Assembly (NCBI GenBank): GCA_038065615.1
Contig: JBBTQQ010000001.1
Coordinates: forward strand, 76,207 to 140,206
DNA from: Patescibacteria group bacterium
GTDB lineage: Bacteria > Patescibacteriota > Doudnabacteria > UBA920 > VMFF01
Direction of reading: 5' to 3'
DNA: 64,000 bases
The notes under the pieces: generated by a model
What the model saw: the letters and a program-made list of their open reading frames with translations, nothing else
Told to the model about the DNA's origin: nothing
Databases searched by the model: none
Program-made: the position numbers and the translations under genes
Shown: in pieces, positions 1-10,107 of the stretch
Numbering within the stretch: the stretch's first letter is position 1
Layout: each line of letters starts with the position of its first letter

Positions 1-484
1 ATATTGCCCAAGCTGGTTCGTATGCTACTACGACTTTTTTTGAATCAACATTGGTTAATCCTGCTTCTAGCTGGTTTTGTAAATGCTCCATTACTTCTTC
101 TTCACCCATTATTGCAGAAAGACCATAACCAACACAAAGAATCGGCGTTACCTTGTTCCCTATCGCTGCTTTAACCTTTAAGTTGACTTCATTATCTGTT
201 TCCCCTAAAGCTCGCCTTTCAGAATGACCAATTATGGCGTATTTAACCTTGAATTGTTTAAGCATGTCAGCTGAAATCTGTGATGTAAAAGCACCACTGC
301 TTTGCCAAAAAAGATCTTGTGAACCAAGTGTTAGCTTTGTTTTTAAAACAGGTAGATACACAAAAGGCGGACAAACTACTACTGTATTTTGTGTCTTTGT
401 TTTTGAAACAGCTAAAACAAGCTTCTCAGCTTCTTTGAGAGTCTTTGGGTTCATTTTCCAATTTGCAACTATTAGTTTCTTCAT
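1..484 (-). CDS. tpiA: Triosephosphate isomerase (runs off window start)
   Basis: Not in the ORF track. Manual translation of the minus strand gives MKKLIVANWKMNP...GHSERR...VVAYEPAWAI, the TIM motifs. Confidence 0.93.
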   Translation of the reverse strand, partial: MKKLIVANWKMNPKTLKEAEKLVLAVSKTKTQNTVVVCPPFVYLPVLKTKLTLGSQDLFWQSSGAFTSQISADMLKQFKVKYAIIGHSERRALGETDNEVNLKVKAAIGNKVTPILCVGYGLSAIMGEEEVMEHLQNQLEAGLTNVDSKKVVVAYEPAWAI

Positions 485-485
485 G

Positions 486-1472
486 TTATTTCAAAAACTT
501 TACAGCATCTTCAGGAGGCATTGGGTTAATTGGTATACCAGTAGCATATTCAAAACCAGCCCAAATGGCAATTCTTGGAAATATAACCAGGTGCCAGTGG
601 AAGGTTTCTTTTTTGTACGCGCTGTGAACTGCTTGTGCAAGCGGCATTGTGTGAATATAGAAGTTAAGAGGTGGGTCTGAAAGTTTTGTATATAGTCTTC
701 CTAAAACCATCTTTAAAACATTCGCGAGCTGTGTTGTTTCTTTTTCTGAAATCTCTTCAAAGTTAGAACCATGTTTTCTAGGAAGAATCCAAGTTTCAAA
801 AGGGCTTCTTGATGCATATGGCGCAAGCACGATGAAATCCTCGGTCTCATACATGACTCGTTCGTTCTGTTTTCTTTCTTCTTCTATTATTGCGCAGTAA
901 ATACACTTTTTGTGTGCTTGATAGTAATGATAGCAACCCAAAATTTCTTCATGAACATTATGCGGAACAAACGGTGTTGAAATTATCTGAAAGTGCGGGT
1001 GAATTAAAGATGCTCCTGCTTCTCTACCATGGTTGTAGAATATTTGAACATAAGCAAGGTTTTGATGTTTTGCTAATTCTAAATATCTTTGTTGTAATAC
1101 CTTTAAAGTATTAACTACAGTAGTTGTTGATTGCAATGCAATTGGCTCATTGTGTTTTCTTGTAATAACTACCTCATGATCTCCTGTCCCTGATCTTGAG
1201 ACATAGAACTCTCTATCAGCTGTTAAAGGAACATCTGAAAGTGCTTCAAACTTGTTAGGTATGACACGGATTTCCCAATTTTTTCCTTTCGGGAATCTTA
1301 CAATATCATCGTTCTTTGATTCATTACCAGGACAAAAAACACAAGCTGGAATAATCTCAGGCATATTTTGAGAAATCACTGGTTCTTGAGCAAACTGCTC
1401 TGGACGCTTGCTTCTGTTAGGTGCAATTAAAACCCAGTGTTTAGATATTGGATTTTGTCTGAATTGAGACAT
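486..1472 (-). CDS. galT: Galactose-1-phosphate uridylyltransferase (GalT/HIT family)
   Basis: RSKRP, CVFCPGNE, NKF and GASLIHPHFQ (HPH catalytic motif). Confidence 0.85.
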   Translation of the reverse strand: MSQFRQNPISKHWVLIAPNRSKRPEQFAQEPVISQNMPEIIPACVFCPGNESKNDDIVRFPKGKNWEIRVIPNKFEALSDVPLTADREFYVSRSGTGDHEVVITRKHNEPIALQSTTTVVNTLKVLQQRYLELAKHQNLAYVQIFYNHGREAGASLIHPHFQIISTPFVPHNVHEEILGCYHYYQAHKKCIYCAIIEEERKQNERVMYETEDFIVLAPYASRSPFETWILPRKHGSNFEEISEKETTQLANVLKMVLGRLYTKLSDPPLNFYIHTMPLAQAVHSAYKKETFHWHLVIFPRIAIWAGFEYATGIPINPMPPEDAVKFLK

Positions 1473-1981
1473 TAGTAGATATTAAAGTTTCTTGCAAAAC
1501 GACTGATCCAAGAAGAGTGACCGTAGATATAGAAGAGGCTGTTGCCATCGGTTATTAAAGCAATATCGTAGATCTCAGGATCTGCATCTATTCTTCCTTT
1601 TATTATCGCTATCTTTATATCACCCCTTGCCGTGTTGTTCTCTTTTATAATGGTCAAAGCTTTACGAACAGCTTTTTCATCTTTTGGTTTAAGTGGAACA
1701 ACAACCAAGCTCTCAGAAAGGTTTTGCGGGTTCTCAAAAACTATATTCCCCACCTCGTCTCTTTCAAGCTGCCAGTTATGTGGGTACCTAGCACTGTAAT
1801 TAAATTGGTTATCCAAGAAAAGCTTGTTTGTTTTTAACTCTGCAAAGATAAAGTCTCTGTCAAAGTAGTAACCAGATATATATATGTACGAAAGAAGCGC
1901 AGCGCCTGAAAAAAACAAAGCAAAAATCGCCCATATGAAATATCGGTTCGGATGTAATACCTTTTTCAGTTGATGATGCAT
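1472..1981 (-). CDS. Hypothetical membrane-anchored protein (PsbP-like extracytoplasmic domain possible)
   Basis: N-terminal hydrophobic helix, then YSARYPHNW; translationally coupled to neighbours. Confidence 0.6.
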   Translation of the reverse strand: MHHQLKKVLHPNRYFIWAIFALFFSGAALLSYIYISGYYFDRDFIFAELKTNKLFLDNQFNYSARYPHNWQLERDEVGNIVFENPQNLSESLVVVPLKPKDEKAVRKALTIIKENNTARGDIKIAIIKGRIDADPEIYDIALITDGNSLFYIYGHSSWISRFARNFNIY

Positions 1982-1988
1982 TTTATTT

Positions 1989-2372
1989 TTAGTTAGTTTG
2001 TTTGTTTAGATAGTTCTGTAGAAATATTTGTGCAGCTAAAGAATCAATGTTTTTGCTGTGGCCTGAAATATTTTCAGCCATCTTTGAACTCAATCTCTCA
2101 TCTACCAACTCCACCTCAAGTCCACACATTGTTTCTATCTTTTTCTTAAACTCCACCACTTCTTCTGTTTTTTTGGTTGATTCTCCACTCATATTTAAAG
2201 GATTGCCTAAGACGATTTTGCTAACATCTTTTTCTTTAAGTAAGTTTGGAAGATCTTCAAAGATTTGTTCAGGGCTCCAAATTTCAAACTCAAAAGCAAA
2301 TTTTTGCTCTTCATCGCTTAAAGCCAAACCCATTCTTTTTTCACCGTAGTCAATTGCTAGTATTCTAGACAT
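1989..2372 (-). CDS. ruvX: Holliday junction resolvase-like / pre-16S rRNA nuclease RuvX (YqgF)
   Basis: ILAIDYGEKRMGLA, VDERLSS, IDSLAAQIFLQ. Confidence 0.92.
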   Translation of the reverse strand: MSRILAIDYGEKRMGLALSDEEQKFAFEFEIWSPEQIFEDLPNLLKEKDVSKIVLGNPLNMSGESTKKTEEVVEFKKKIETMCGLEVELVDERLSSKMAENISGHSKNIDSLAAQIFLQNYLNKQTN

Positions 2373-3634
2373 TATTTGCTTTCGCTTAAAACAGCTTTAA
2401 TCTTAATGTTTTGTTTGTCTCTAATTACATCTAGTGTAACAGTGTCTCCGGGATTGTATTGTCTAATTAACCCCGCCAAGCTATGCGTGTCATCAATTTT
2501 AACACCATTAACCCCTGTGATTATATCAGAATCTTTAAGTCCTGCTTTTTCTGCAGAACTTCCAGGAGTGACTCCAGAAACCGGACTGCCATATTCATCT
2601 GTTCCGGTTATGATCCATGCACCATGATCAACAGGCAAATTGTTTTGTTGTTGGATCTGAGCATTGATTAAAGCGTATCTAATACCCAAAAATGCTTTAA
2701 CTATTCGTCCGTATTTTTTATAGCTCTGCAAAGCTTTTGAAATATCATTTGAAGAAATTGCAAAACCAACTGACTGTCCTTGCTGCGCCATCGCCGTATT
2801 TATACCAACTACATCTCCATACTCATTAAGTAATGGGCCACCAGAGTTCCCTGGATTGATTGCAGCGTCTGTTTGGATAACTCCTTCTAAAGTTTCAGAT
2901 GTTCCAGAACCCCCTGCTGTTATTGTTCTTCCAATCCCCGAGATTATTCCTGTTGTAACAGTATTGCTGTATTCACCTAATGAATTACCAATAGCTATGA
3001 CTCTCTGACCAATCTGAATCTTAGATGAATCAGAAAGTTTTAAATATGTAGCGCCTTTAATTGATATCTTAATAATCGCGAGATCACTTAAAGGGTCTTG
3101 TGCTAAAACTGTTGCATCAAATCTTTTTCCATTTGAGGTTACAACCGTAAATTTAGCAGTGGTGCTTGCAACAACATGTTTGTTAGTCATAATCAAACCA
3201 TCAGAACTTACAAAGAAACCGCTTCCTGCTCCTGTTTCTTTGTATTGTGGAGTTGTATTTTGCTGTTGTTGGTTCTGAAAGAACGGATCAAAGAAAAACG
3301 GGCTGTTAAATGAATTGTATTTGTTAATATCTTCAGAGATAATCACTGAAACAACAGCTGCACTTGCCTTCTTTATGACATCAACTGTATTGGGTAAGCT
3401 TTGAACATTTTCTTGTTTTTGTTCTGTTGATGCTTTGTTTTCTGTATTCTGAGCAACCACGCCTGCTACTTTTGAATTTAAACCAAAGAGTTTACTTTTG
3501 GACGCAAAAACACCACCCGCAAACCCTGAAATTGCTCCTCCAAGCACGCTAATTAAGACAATGGAAACAATTAAGCCATTGCCTAGCTTTTTGATGCTTT
3601 TTGATTCTATTGTTTCTTTTATTTCTTCTTGCAT
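2372..3634 (-). CDS. htrA: HtrA/DegP-family serine protease with PDZ domain
   Basis: N-terminal TM helix, TNKHVV, DLAII, QTDAAINPGNSGGPL, C-terminal PDZ. Confidence 0.92.
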   Translation of the reverse strand: MQEEIKETIESKSIKKLGNGLIVSIVLISVLGGAISGFAGGVFASKSKLFGLNSKVAGVVAQNTENKASTEQKQENVQSLPNTVDVIKKASAAVVSVIISEDINKYNSFNSPFFFDPFFQNQQQQNTTPQYKETGAGSGFFVSSDGLIMTNKHVVASTTAKFTVVTSNGKRFDATVLAQDPLSDLAIIKISIKGATYLKLSDSSKIQIGQRVIAIGNSLGEYSNTVTTGIISGIGRTITAGGSGTSETLEGVIQTDAAINPGNSGGPLLNEYGDVVGINTAMAQQGQSVGFAISSNDISKALQSYKKYGRIVKAFLGIRYALINAQIQQQNNLPVDHGAWIITGTDEYGSPVSGVTPGSSAEKAGLKDSDIITGVNGVKIDDTHSLAGLIRQYNPGDTVTLDVIRDKQNIKIKAVLSESK

Positions 3635-3678
3635 AAACCGTCTCCTCAGGTATATATTATCACACTCTAAGCACGGTT

Positions 3679-4428
3679 TTAAGTAAGGATCTCTGGACCG
3701 CTTTTTGTAATTACAACAGTGTGTTCAAAGTGTGCTGCCAGACTTTCATCTTTGGTAGTTACAGTCCAACCATCATCTTCAATGAAAATATCATCAGTAC
3801 CTAATGTAAACATTGGTTCAATTGCGATGACTAGACCTTCTGTGAGTTCAGAACCTGTTCCTTTTTTACCATAGTTTGGAACCTGTGGCTCTTCATGCAC
3901 AGCATGCCCTACTCCATGACCAACAAGATCTCTGATTATTCCCAATTTGTTGTCATCAGCAACTTTCTGCACAGCAGCCCCAATATCTCCGACTTTGTTT
4001 CCAATCTTTGCTTCCGCGATACCAATTGATAGAGCTTTCTTAGTAAGTGAAAGAAGATTTTGGGCTTTCTCTGAAATCTTTCCAACCGGAACTGTTATGG
4101 CTGTGTCTGTAAACAAACCTTTGTACTCCATACCAATATCAAGTCCAATGGTGTCTCCTTCTTTTAAAATAGCTTCTTTTGAAGGGACTCCGTGAACAAC
4201 TACAGAATTTACAGAAGTACAAAGTCCTGCTGGAAACAAATGTCCTTTGTTACCATATCCTTTGAATGATGGTTTGCCTCCTGCTTTAAATATTTCTTGT
4301 TCTGCAAAAGTATTTAGCTCCCATGTTGAAACACCGGGTCTTACAAGCTCTGCCGTTTGTGACAAAATCCGATTTAAGATTTTCCCGCCTTCTTTAATTT
4401 TGTCTATTTCTTCTTGAGTTTTACGCAT
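3679..4428 (-). CDS. map: Methionine aminopeptidase type I
   Basis: SVNSVVVHGVP, GHGVG, HEEP, IAIEPM, AAHFEHT. Confidence 0.96.
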   Translation of the reverse strand: MRKTQEEIDKIKEGGKILNRILSQTAELVRPGVSTWELNTFAEQEIFKAGGKPSFKGYGNKGHLFPAGLCTSVNSVVVHGVPSKEAILKEGDTIGLDIGMEYKGLFTDTAITVPVGKISEKAQNLLSLTKKALSIGIAEAKIGNKVGDIGAAVQKVADDNKLGIIRDLVGHGVGHAVHEEPQVPNYGKKGTGSELTEGLVIAIEPMFTLGTDDIFIEDDGWTVTTKDESLAAHFEHTVVITKSGPEILT

Positions 4429-5038
4429 GTTTTAAAAACTCCGTTATCGCTCTATCAATTCTCTTTTTTACCTCTGTTCTGCTTCCTAAACCATTGATTT
4501 CTTTGTAATAATACTTAGCTTTGAAGAAAGAAACAACTTGCGCAATATTTTTTCTGTAATATTTAATTCTATTTTTTAAAGAATCAATTGTATCATCAGG
4601 GCGCTTTGAAAACTTCCCTTTAAAATATTCTATTCTGTTTTTAGCGCGCTTTAACACTTCTTTTTCTGGAATATGCAAATACAAGGCAATTGTGCTTTTA
4701 GGTGTTCTTTTAACCTGTTGCATCCATTTGTAAACAAGTTTTGCTTCTCCAATCATTTTAGGAGTGCCATCGAACAAAATACCTTTATTTTTTGGTGCAG
4801 AAAGAATCTTTTGTTTATGTATTGCTCGAACAATATCAGTCGGAGCTAACTTTCCTTTATTGGTTGTTTCTTTTAGAGCTTTCTTAACTGAAGCGCTTCT
4901 TTTGCCATTTAAAATCAACCTCATTTCGCGACCCATGTCTAAATCAAGAAGTTTATATTTATTTAGTAAGAACCTTGCTTGAGTCGCTTTTCCTGCTGCT
5001 GGATCACCAAGAAGAATAATGTTAAGGGGTTGATTCAT
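4421..5038 (-). CDS. Adenylate kinase-family nucleoside monophosphate kinase (short lid)
   Basis: P-loop GDPAAGKAT, LFDGTPK, RPDD; no Zn lid. Confidence 0.8.
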   Translation of the reverse strand: MNQPLNIILLGDPAAGKATQARFLLNKYKLLDLDMGREMRLILNGKRSASVKKALKETTNKGKLAPTDIVRAIHKQKILSAPKNKGILFDGTPKMIGEAKLVYKWMQQVKRTPKSTIALYLHIPEKEVLKRAKNRIEYFKGKFSKRPDDTIDSLKNRIKYYRKNIAQVVSFFKAKYYYKEINGLGSRTEVKKRIDRAITEFLKHA

Positions 5039-5039
5039 T

Positions 5040-5684
5040 TTAAATACCTAAAGCCGCGTTAATATCAGATGTAACTTTTGGAATGATCTGGTTTCCGTCT
5101 ATCTCTACAAGCTTGGTGTGGATCTTAAGAAAATCAACAACCGGCAAAGTATCTGTCTCATACTGATCTAGTCTCTTGTTTATTGCTTCTTCTGTATCGT
5201 CTTTGCGAATTATTAGTTTACCTCCACATTTCTCACAAACTTGGTTTGGATCCCCATTTGAAATAGCTGGAGTGGTGCATACTTCACAGACTCTTCTTAA
5301 ACTCAACCTATGAAGCGTCTCTTCTCTAGGCAAACTTATATATATCGTAACTAAGTCTTTTCTGCCAATCTCTCCTAATAGCTTAAACAAAAAGTTTGCT
5401 TGACCAATTCTTCTTGGAACACCATCAAAGACAACTATTTTTGAAGAATTAATATGGGACAATTTCTCTGTTAAAACCTTTTCAATATCATCATCAGTAA
5501 GCAAAACCCCTTTGTCTATTAACTCTTTAACGTGCTTACCAAACTCTGTGTCTTGGCTTGATATCTCTCTAAGCAACCCACCCATTTCAACAAACTCAGC
5601 ATTGAGTTTTTGAACTAAGGATTCTGCTTGAGTACCTTTGCCTGAACCTTGCGGTCCTATGAATATATATGTTGATGCGTTCAT
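5040..5684 (-). CDS. adk: Adenylate kinase (Zn-lid type)
   Basis: GPQGSGKGTQA, FDGVPR, CEVC...CEKC lid, RKDD; start moved to MNAST. Confidence 0.88.
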   Translation of the reverse strand: MNASTYIFIGPQGSGKGTQAESLVQKLNAEFVEMGGLLREISSQDTEFGKHVKELIDKGVLLTDDDIEKVLTEKLSHINSSKIVVFDGVPRRIGQANFLFKLLGEIGRKDLVTIYISLPREETLHRLSLRRVCEVCTTPAISNGDPNQVCEKCGGKLIIRKDDTEEAINKRLDQYETDTLPVVDFLKIHTKLVEIDGNQIIPKVTSDINAALGI

Positions 5685-5705
5685 GTTGTAGTTATTATAC
5701 ATCTA

Positions 5706-5735
5706 AAAAACCGCTCTAGCGAGCGGCGTTTAAAA
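5706..5735 (-). terminator. Intrinsic terminator after secY
   Basis: ccgctc-tagc-gagcgg hairpin with T-run on the minus strand. Confidence 0.6.
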
Positions 5736-5736
5736 A

Positions 5737-7014
5737 TTAAATGGTTTCATAATCCCGCATTACCATCTGTGCTTCAATTGATTTGATGGTTTCAATGACA
5801 ACAGAAACTACGATTAACAAGCTTGTACCACCAAGAGTTAATACCTGGGTGTTAGTATATGCTTGGAAAACATATGGTAATACAGCGATCAAAGCAAGGA
5901 AAACCGCTCCAAAAACTGTAATCCTGTTTAAAACTCGATAAAGGTATTCTGCTGTTTGTCTGCCTGGTCTTAAACCAGGAACAAATCCGCCGTTCTTTTG
6001 AATGTTCTCTGAAATCTCGTCTGGGTTAAAAACAATTGCTGTGTAAAGGAAGGTGAAGAGCAGAACTAGTACAAAGTAGAGCACTGCATAGAAAGTCTGA
6101 TTTCTAAAGATTTCTACAATGTAGTTAGCTGCATTTGCAACCATGGCGCTCTTTGCTGTTAAGAAGAAATTTGCGATTAAACCAGGAAGCAACATCACTG
6201 AAATTGCAAAGATTATTGGGATAACCCCAGCTTGGTTAACACGCAAAGGTAAATGAGTGCTTACACCACCATATGTCTTGTTCCCAGTCATACGCTTTGC
6301 GTATGAAACAGGAATGTTTCGTTGTGCTTCTGTAACATATACCACAGCGGCTATGACTAACAAACCAGCTGCAATGAAAGCAATAATCATTGGTAACTTG
6401 CTAGGATCATACAAGGAAAGCATTTGCTGTAATGCTTGAGGTAATCTTGCAACTATACCAGCAAAAATGATTAAAGAAATACCATTACCAATTCCATATT
6501 CTGTGATGAGCTCACCAAGCCACATCAAAAGAATCGTACCAACAGCAATCGCTACTAATGTAATTAACCACTGGAAAGAAGTTAAGTTGCCAATCGCTGC
6601 TCCGCCCTGCGCTGATTGGAAAAGACGGATTGTGCTGTAACCTTGTAATACTGACAAAGGAACTGTTAGATATCTTGTGTATTGAGCTAACTTTGCTCTT
6701 CCTGCTTCTCCACCCTCTTTTTGTAATTCAGAGAATGAAGGAATAATTACGCTTAGAAGCTGGATGACGATAGATGCTGTGATGTATGGTCCAACACCAA
6801 GCATTGCAATTGAAAGGTTGGAAAGACCACCACCTGAAAAAATATCTAAAAGGTTAAAGAGTTGATTTTGGTTAAAGAAGTTCTGTAATGATGTTGCACT
6901 TAATCCTGGAATTGGAATGTGTGCTAAAAAGCGAGTCAAAATCAAAAGACCAATCATGATCAAAATCTTGTTGCGGAGGTCTTTAGTTTTCCAAATTAAG
7001 GCTATTTTATTCAT
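5737..7014 (-). CDS. secY: Preprotein translocase subunit SecY
   Basis: LGVGPYITASI, GIGNGISLIIF, GVIPIIFA, GGTSLLIVV. Confidence 0.98.
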   Translation of the reverse strand: MNKIALIWKTKDLRNKILIMIGLLILTRFLAHIPIPGLSATSLQNFFNQNQLFNLLDIFSGGGLSNLSIAMLGVGPYITASIVIQLLSVIIPSFSELQKEGGEAGRAKLAQYTRYLTVPLSVLQGYSTIRLFQSAQGGAAIGNLTSFQWLITLVAIAVGTILLMWLGELITEYGIGNGISLIIFAGIVARLPQALQQMLSLYDPSKLPMIIAFIAAGLLVIAAVVYVTEAQRNIPVSYAKRMTGNKTYGGVSTHLPLRVNQAGVIPIIFAISVMLLPGLIANFFLTAKSAMVANAANYIVEIFRNQTFYAVLYFVLVLLFTFLYTAIVFNPDEISENIQKNGGFVPGLRPGRQTAEYLYRVLNRITVFGAVFLALIAVLPYVFQAYTNTQVLTLGGTSLLIVVSVVIETIKSIEAQMVMRDYETI

Positions 7015-7050
7015 ACGTATATATTATCACAAAAACCGAAAAAACGATGT

Positions 7051-7488
7051 TTAAGCGTTTACTTTGCCACCAGCTTTTTCTATTGTCTGTTTTGCGGTTG
7101 CAGATGCTGGTACAAACACTTCAACTTTCTTTTTTAACTCACCACCAGAAACAATCTTTACTTTCTGATCTATTGCTCTAGTGATTCCTAATTTAAACAA
7201 AGATTCCATTGTTACTTTAGCTCCGTTTTCAAACTTGTTAAGTCTTGATACTTTGACCGCAAAAGCTTCAGCGTGTGGGCTCTTGAAACCACGGAGTTTA
7301 GGTGTTTGTCTAATTAAAGGTTGGCGTCCACCTTCAAATCCTGGGCGAACATTTCCGCTCTTTCTTGATCCTTGTCCTTTAGCTCCTCTACCAGAATATG
7401 TGCCGTGTCCAGAACCAAGTCCGCGACCAACAACCTTTCTGCGCTTTGTAGAACCCTTGTATACTTTTAGTTCGTGTAGTTTAACCAT
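7051..7488 (-). CDS. rplO: 50S ribosomal protein L15
   Basis: VGRGLGSGHG, GFEGGRQPL. Confidence 0.97.
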   Translation of the reverse strand: MVKLHELKVYKGSTKRRKVVGRGLGSGHGTYSGRGAKGQGSRKSGNVRPGFEGGRQPLIRQTPKLRGFKSPHAEAFAVKVSRLNKFENGAKVTMESLFKLGITRAIDQKVKIVSGGELKKKVEVFVPASATAKQTIEKAGGKVNA

Positions 7489-7492
7489 ATGA

Positions 7493-7993
7493 TTATTTTC
7501 TTGCCTGTCTTAATTGATCAGCTGTTTTCATTTTCTTGAATGCTTCAAAGACAGCTTTAACATTGTTTACTTTGTTAGAAGAACCAAGCATTTTGCTTAA
7601 GATGTTCTTAACACCGGCTAAATCCAAAACGCTTCTTAAAGCACCACCGGCAATAATACCAGTACCTGGACGAGCTGGGAGAAGAATAATTCTGCTTGAT
7701 TTGTACTTTAATTTAATCTGATGTGGAATTGTTCCGTTGATCAAAGGAACCATGATCATATTTTTCTTTGCTGCATTAACTGCTTTGTTTACTGATTCAG
7801 CAACGTCAACACCTTTTCTCAAGCCCATACCGACTTTTCCTTTTTTGTCACCAATAACTACGAGGGCTCTGAAACGCATGCGTTTACCACCAGCAACAAC
7901 ACGAGTAACACGCTTAATCTCAACAACCTTTTGTTCAAAGTCGCGCTTTATTGGTTCTCTGTTTGATCTCTCTCTTTTGTTATCTCTTGCCAT
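7493..7993 (-). CDS. rpsE: 30S ribosomal protein S5
   Basis: RVTRVVAGGKRMRF, GTGIIAGG. Confidence 0.97.
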   Translation of the reverse strand: MARDNKRERSNREPIKRDFEQKVVEIKRVTRVVAGGKRMRFRALVVIGDKKGKVGMGLRKGVDVAESVNKAVNAAKKNMIMVPLINGTIPHQIKLKYKSSRIILLPARPGTGIIAGGALRSVLDLAGVKNILSKMLGSSNKVNNVKAVFEAFKKMKTADQLRQARK

Positions 7994-7997
7994 ATAT

Positions 7998-8351
7998 TTA
8001 AAACTTTAATCCTGCTGCTCTTGCAGCATCTGCTAATGCTTTTACTCTACCATGATATTTAAACCCACCGCGGTCAAAAACAACTTCTGAAATATCTTTT
8101 GCTAAAGCCTTTTTTGCAATTGCAGTTCCAACTTCAGCAGATTGATCTGCTTTTTTTCCTTTGGTTTTTAATTCCAAGGAAGAAGAAGCAACAATCGTCT
8201 TTTGGCTAGCATCATCAATGATCTGAGCATAGATATGTTGGTTTGCACGGAAAACAACCAAGCGTGGTCTTTTTGCATCACCAGACATTCTTGCTCTGAC
8301 GCGCTTGTGTCTTCTAACTCTTTTTGCAATTTTTAGTTCTTGTCTATTCAT
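7998..8351 (-). CDS. rplR: 50S ribosomal protein L18
   Basis: [24 protein letters not shown]. Confidence 0.97.
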   Translation of the reverse strand: MNRQELKIAKRVRRHKRVRARMSGDAKRPRLVVFRANQHIYAQIIDDASQKTIVASSSLELKTKGKKADQSAEVGTAIAKKALAKDISEVVFDRGGFKYHGRVKALADAARAAGLKF

Positions 8352-8361
8352 ATATTTCTAA

Positions 8362-8913
8362 TTATTTACCACCAACAGCTTTAACGACTTTACCAGCTTT
8401 TCTTCTGACAATTTCGTCTGAGTATTTGATACCCTTGCCTTTGTATGGTTCTGGTTTTTTCAAAGCTCTAACTTTTGCTGCAAATTCACCAACCGCCTGT
8501 TTATCAATACCAGTGATAGTTATGACGTTTTTTTCCATAGTAGCGGTTAAAACTTCTGGAACTTCTACAATAACTGGGTGGGAAAAACCAAGTGCTAAGG
8601 TAATTGTCTTACCTGCAATTGTTCCTCTGTAACCAACTCCGTTTATTTCCAATTTCTTTTCAAATCCTGAAACAACTCCTGTAACTGCATTTGCAATCAA
8701 AGCTCTAGTTAGACCCCAAAGAGATCTTTCAAGTTTATTTTCTTTGTTTGCTACATCTACTATGATTTCATTTTCTGAAACAGATACCAAAACCTTAGGA
8801 TGGATGACAACTGTTAAGTTGCCCTTTGGTCCTGTAATCTTCAAGGTTAAATCTTTTAATTCAGCCTTGACGCCATTTGGAATTGTAACTGGTTTTTTAC
8901 CTATACGTGACAT
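8362..8913 (-). CDS. rplF: 50S ribosomal protein L6
   Basis: MSRIGKKPV, PEPYKGKGI. Confidence 0.97.
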   Translation of the reverse strand: MSRIGKKPVTIPNGVKAELKDLTLKITGPKGNLTVVIHPKVLVSVSENEIIVDVANKENKLERSLWGLTRALIANAVTGVVSGFEKKLEINGVGYRGTIAGKTITLALGFSHPVIVEVPEVLTATMEKNVITITGIDKQAVGEFAAKVRALKKPEPYKGKGIKYSDEIVRRKAGKVVKAVGGK

Positions 8914-8931
8914 ATGTGTTAAATATTTCCT

Positions 8932-9324
8932 TTACCAAATTTGGCAAATTACTTCTCCACCGTATTTCTGCTTGCGAGCTTCTTTGTCAGTCATCAAACC
9001 TTTAGAGGTTGAAAGAATGGTTACTCCCAAACCACCGTTGGTTCTTGGAATTCTGTCCATTGGGACATAGATTCTTTGACCAGGCTTGCTTACGCGCTGA
9101 ATACTTGAAACAACCGCTTCTCCGTTTGAAGTATACTTAATCTTTACTGAAAGCTGCTTTAGAGAACCTTCAATTACTTCTACTCCGGCAATGTACCCTT
9201 CGCGTGCCAAGATGTTTGCAAGGTTGTGTTTTAACTTTGAGTACGGCATCAAAACGTCTGTCTTGTGGGCAGCTGCTCCGTTGCGTATTCTAGTTAACAT
9301 GTCTGAAATTGGGTCTGTAAACAT
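8932..9324 (-). CDS. rpsH: 30S ribosomal protein S8
   Basis: DPISDMLTRIRN, STSKGLMTD. Confidence 0.97.
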   Translation of the reverse strand: MFTDPISDMLTRIRNGAAAHKTDVLMPYSKLKHNLANILAREGYIAGVEVIEGSLKQLSVKIKYTSNGEAVVSSIQRVSKPGQRIYVPMDRIPRTNGGLGVTILSTSKGLMTDKEARKQKYGGEVICQIW

Positions 9325-9339
9325 ATATTTAAATTAATC

Positions 9340-9534
9340 TTACCAAGAAGACTTAACAATACCTGGGATCTCACCTTTTGAAGCGAGTTCGCGGAAACAA
9401 ATTCTACACAAATCAAAGTCTCTCATATATCCACGGTTTCTGCCGCATTTCCAGCAACGTCTAACAACACGTGATTTATACTTTGGCTTTGTTCTTGATC
9501 TTAATGCTTTTGCAATTAACGATTTCTTTGCCAT
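9340..9534 (-). CDS. rpsN: 30S ribosomal protein S14, Zn-binding type Z
   Basis: RCWKCGR...[10 protein letters not shown]. Confidence 0.96.
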   Translation of the reverse strand: MAKKSLIAKALRSRTKPKYKSRVVRRCWKCGRNRGYMRDFDLCRICFRELASKGEIPGIVKSSW

Positions 9535-9543
9535 ATATTTAAA

Positions 9544-10092
9544 TTATTTCTCTTGTTCCGCAAATGGGAAACCCAAGCTCTTTAAAAGTTCTCGACCTTT
9601 AATGTCATTACCTGCATCTGTCGCTATCGTAATCTGAAAACCAAAGGAATGCTCTAATCCTTCTTCTGAAATTTCTGGAAATACTGTTTGTTCTTTAATA
9701 CCAATGTTGTAGTTACCGCGTCCATCAAAAGCATTGATGTTTAAACCACGGAAATCTCTAACACGTGGTAAAGCAATGCTAACCAGCTTGTCGATGAAAT
9801 CATACATTCTCTCGCCTCTTAGTGTTACAGCAACTCCGACAACCTGATTTTCTCTAATCTTGAAACCAGCAATTGATTTACGAGACATTGTTTTAACTGG
9901 TTGCTGACCTGTGATGATTCTTAAGTCTGCAATGACTGATTCTAATAGCTTTGGATCTTTCAAAGTTTTACCAACTCCTGCATTAACAACAACCTTCTTT
10001 ACTTGAGGCACTGCTAAAACATTTTTCAGGCCGAGCTTGGTCTGCAATTCTTTTCGTATCTGCTTATTATATTTTTCTTTAAGTCTATTCAT
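9544..10092 (-). CDS. rplE: 50S ribosomal protein L5
   Basis: ITGQQP, LPRVRDFRG. Confidence 0.97.
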   Translation of the reverse strand: MNRLKEKYNKQIRKELQTKLGLKNVLAVPQVKKVVVNAGVGKTLKDPKLLESVIADLRIITGQQPVKTMSRKSIAGFKIRENQVVGVAVTLRGERMYDFIDKLVSIALPRVRDFRGLNINAFDGRGNYNIGIKEQTVFPEISEEGLEHSFGFQITIATDAGNDIKGRELLKSLGFPFAEQEK

Positions 10093-10107
10093 ATATATTC
10101 TTTAAGC

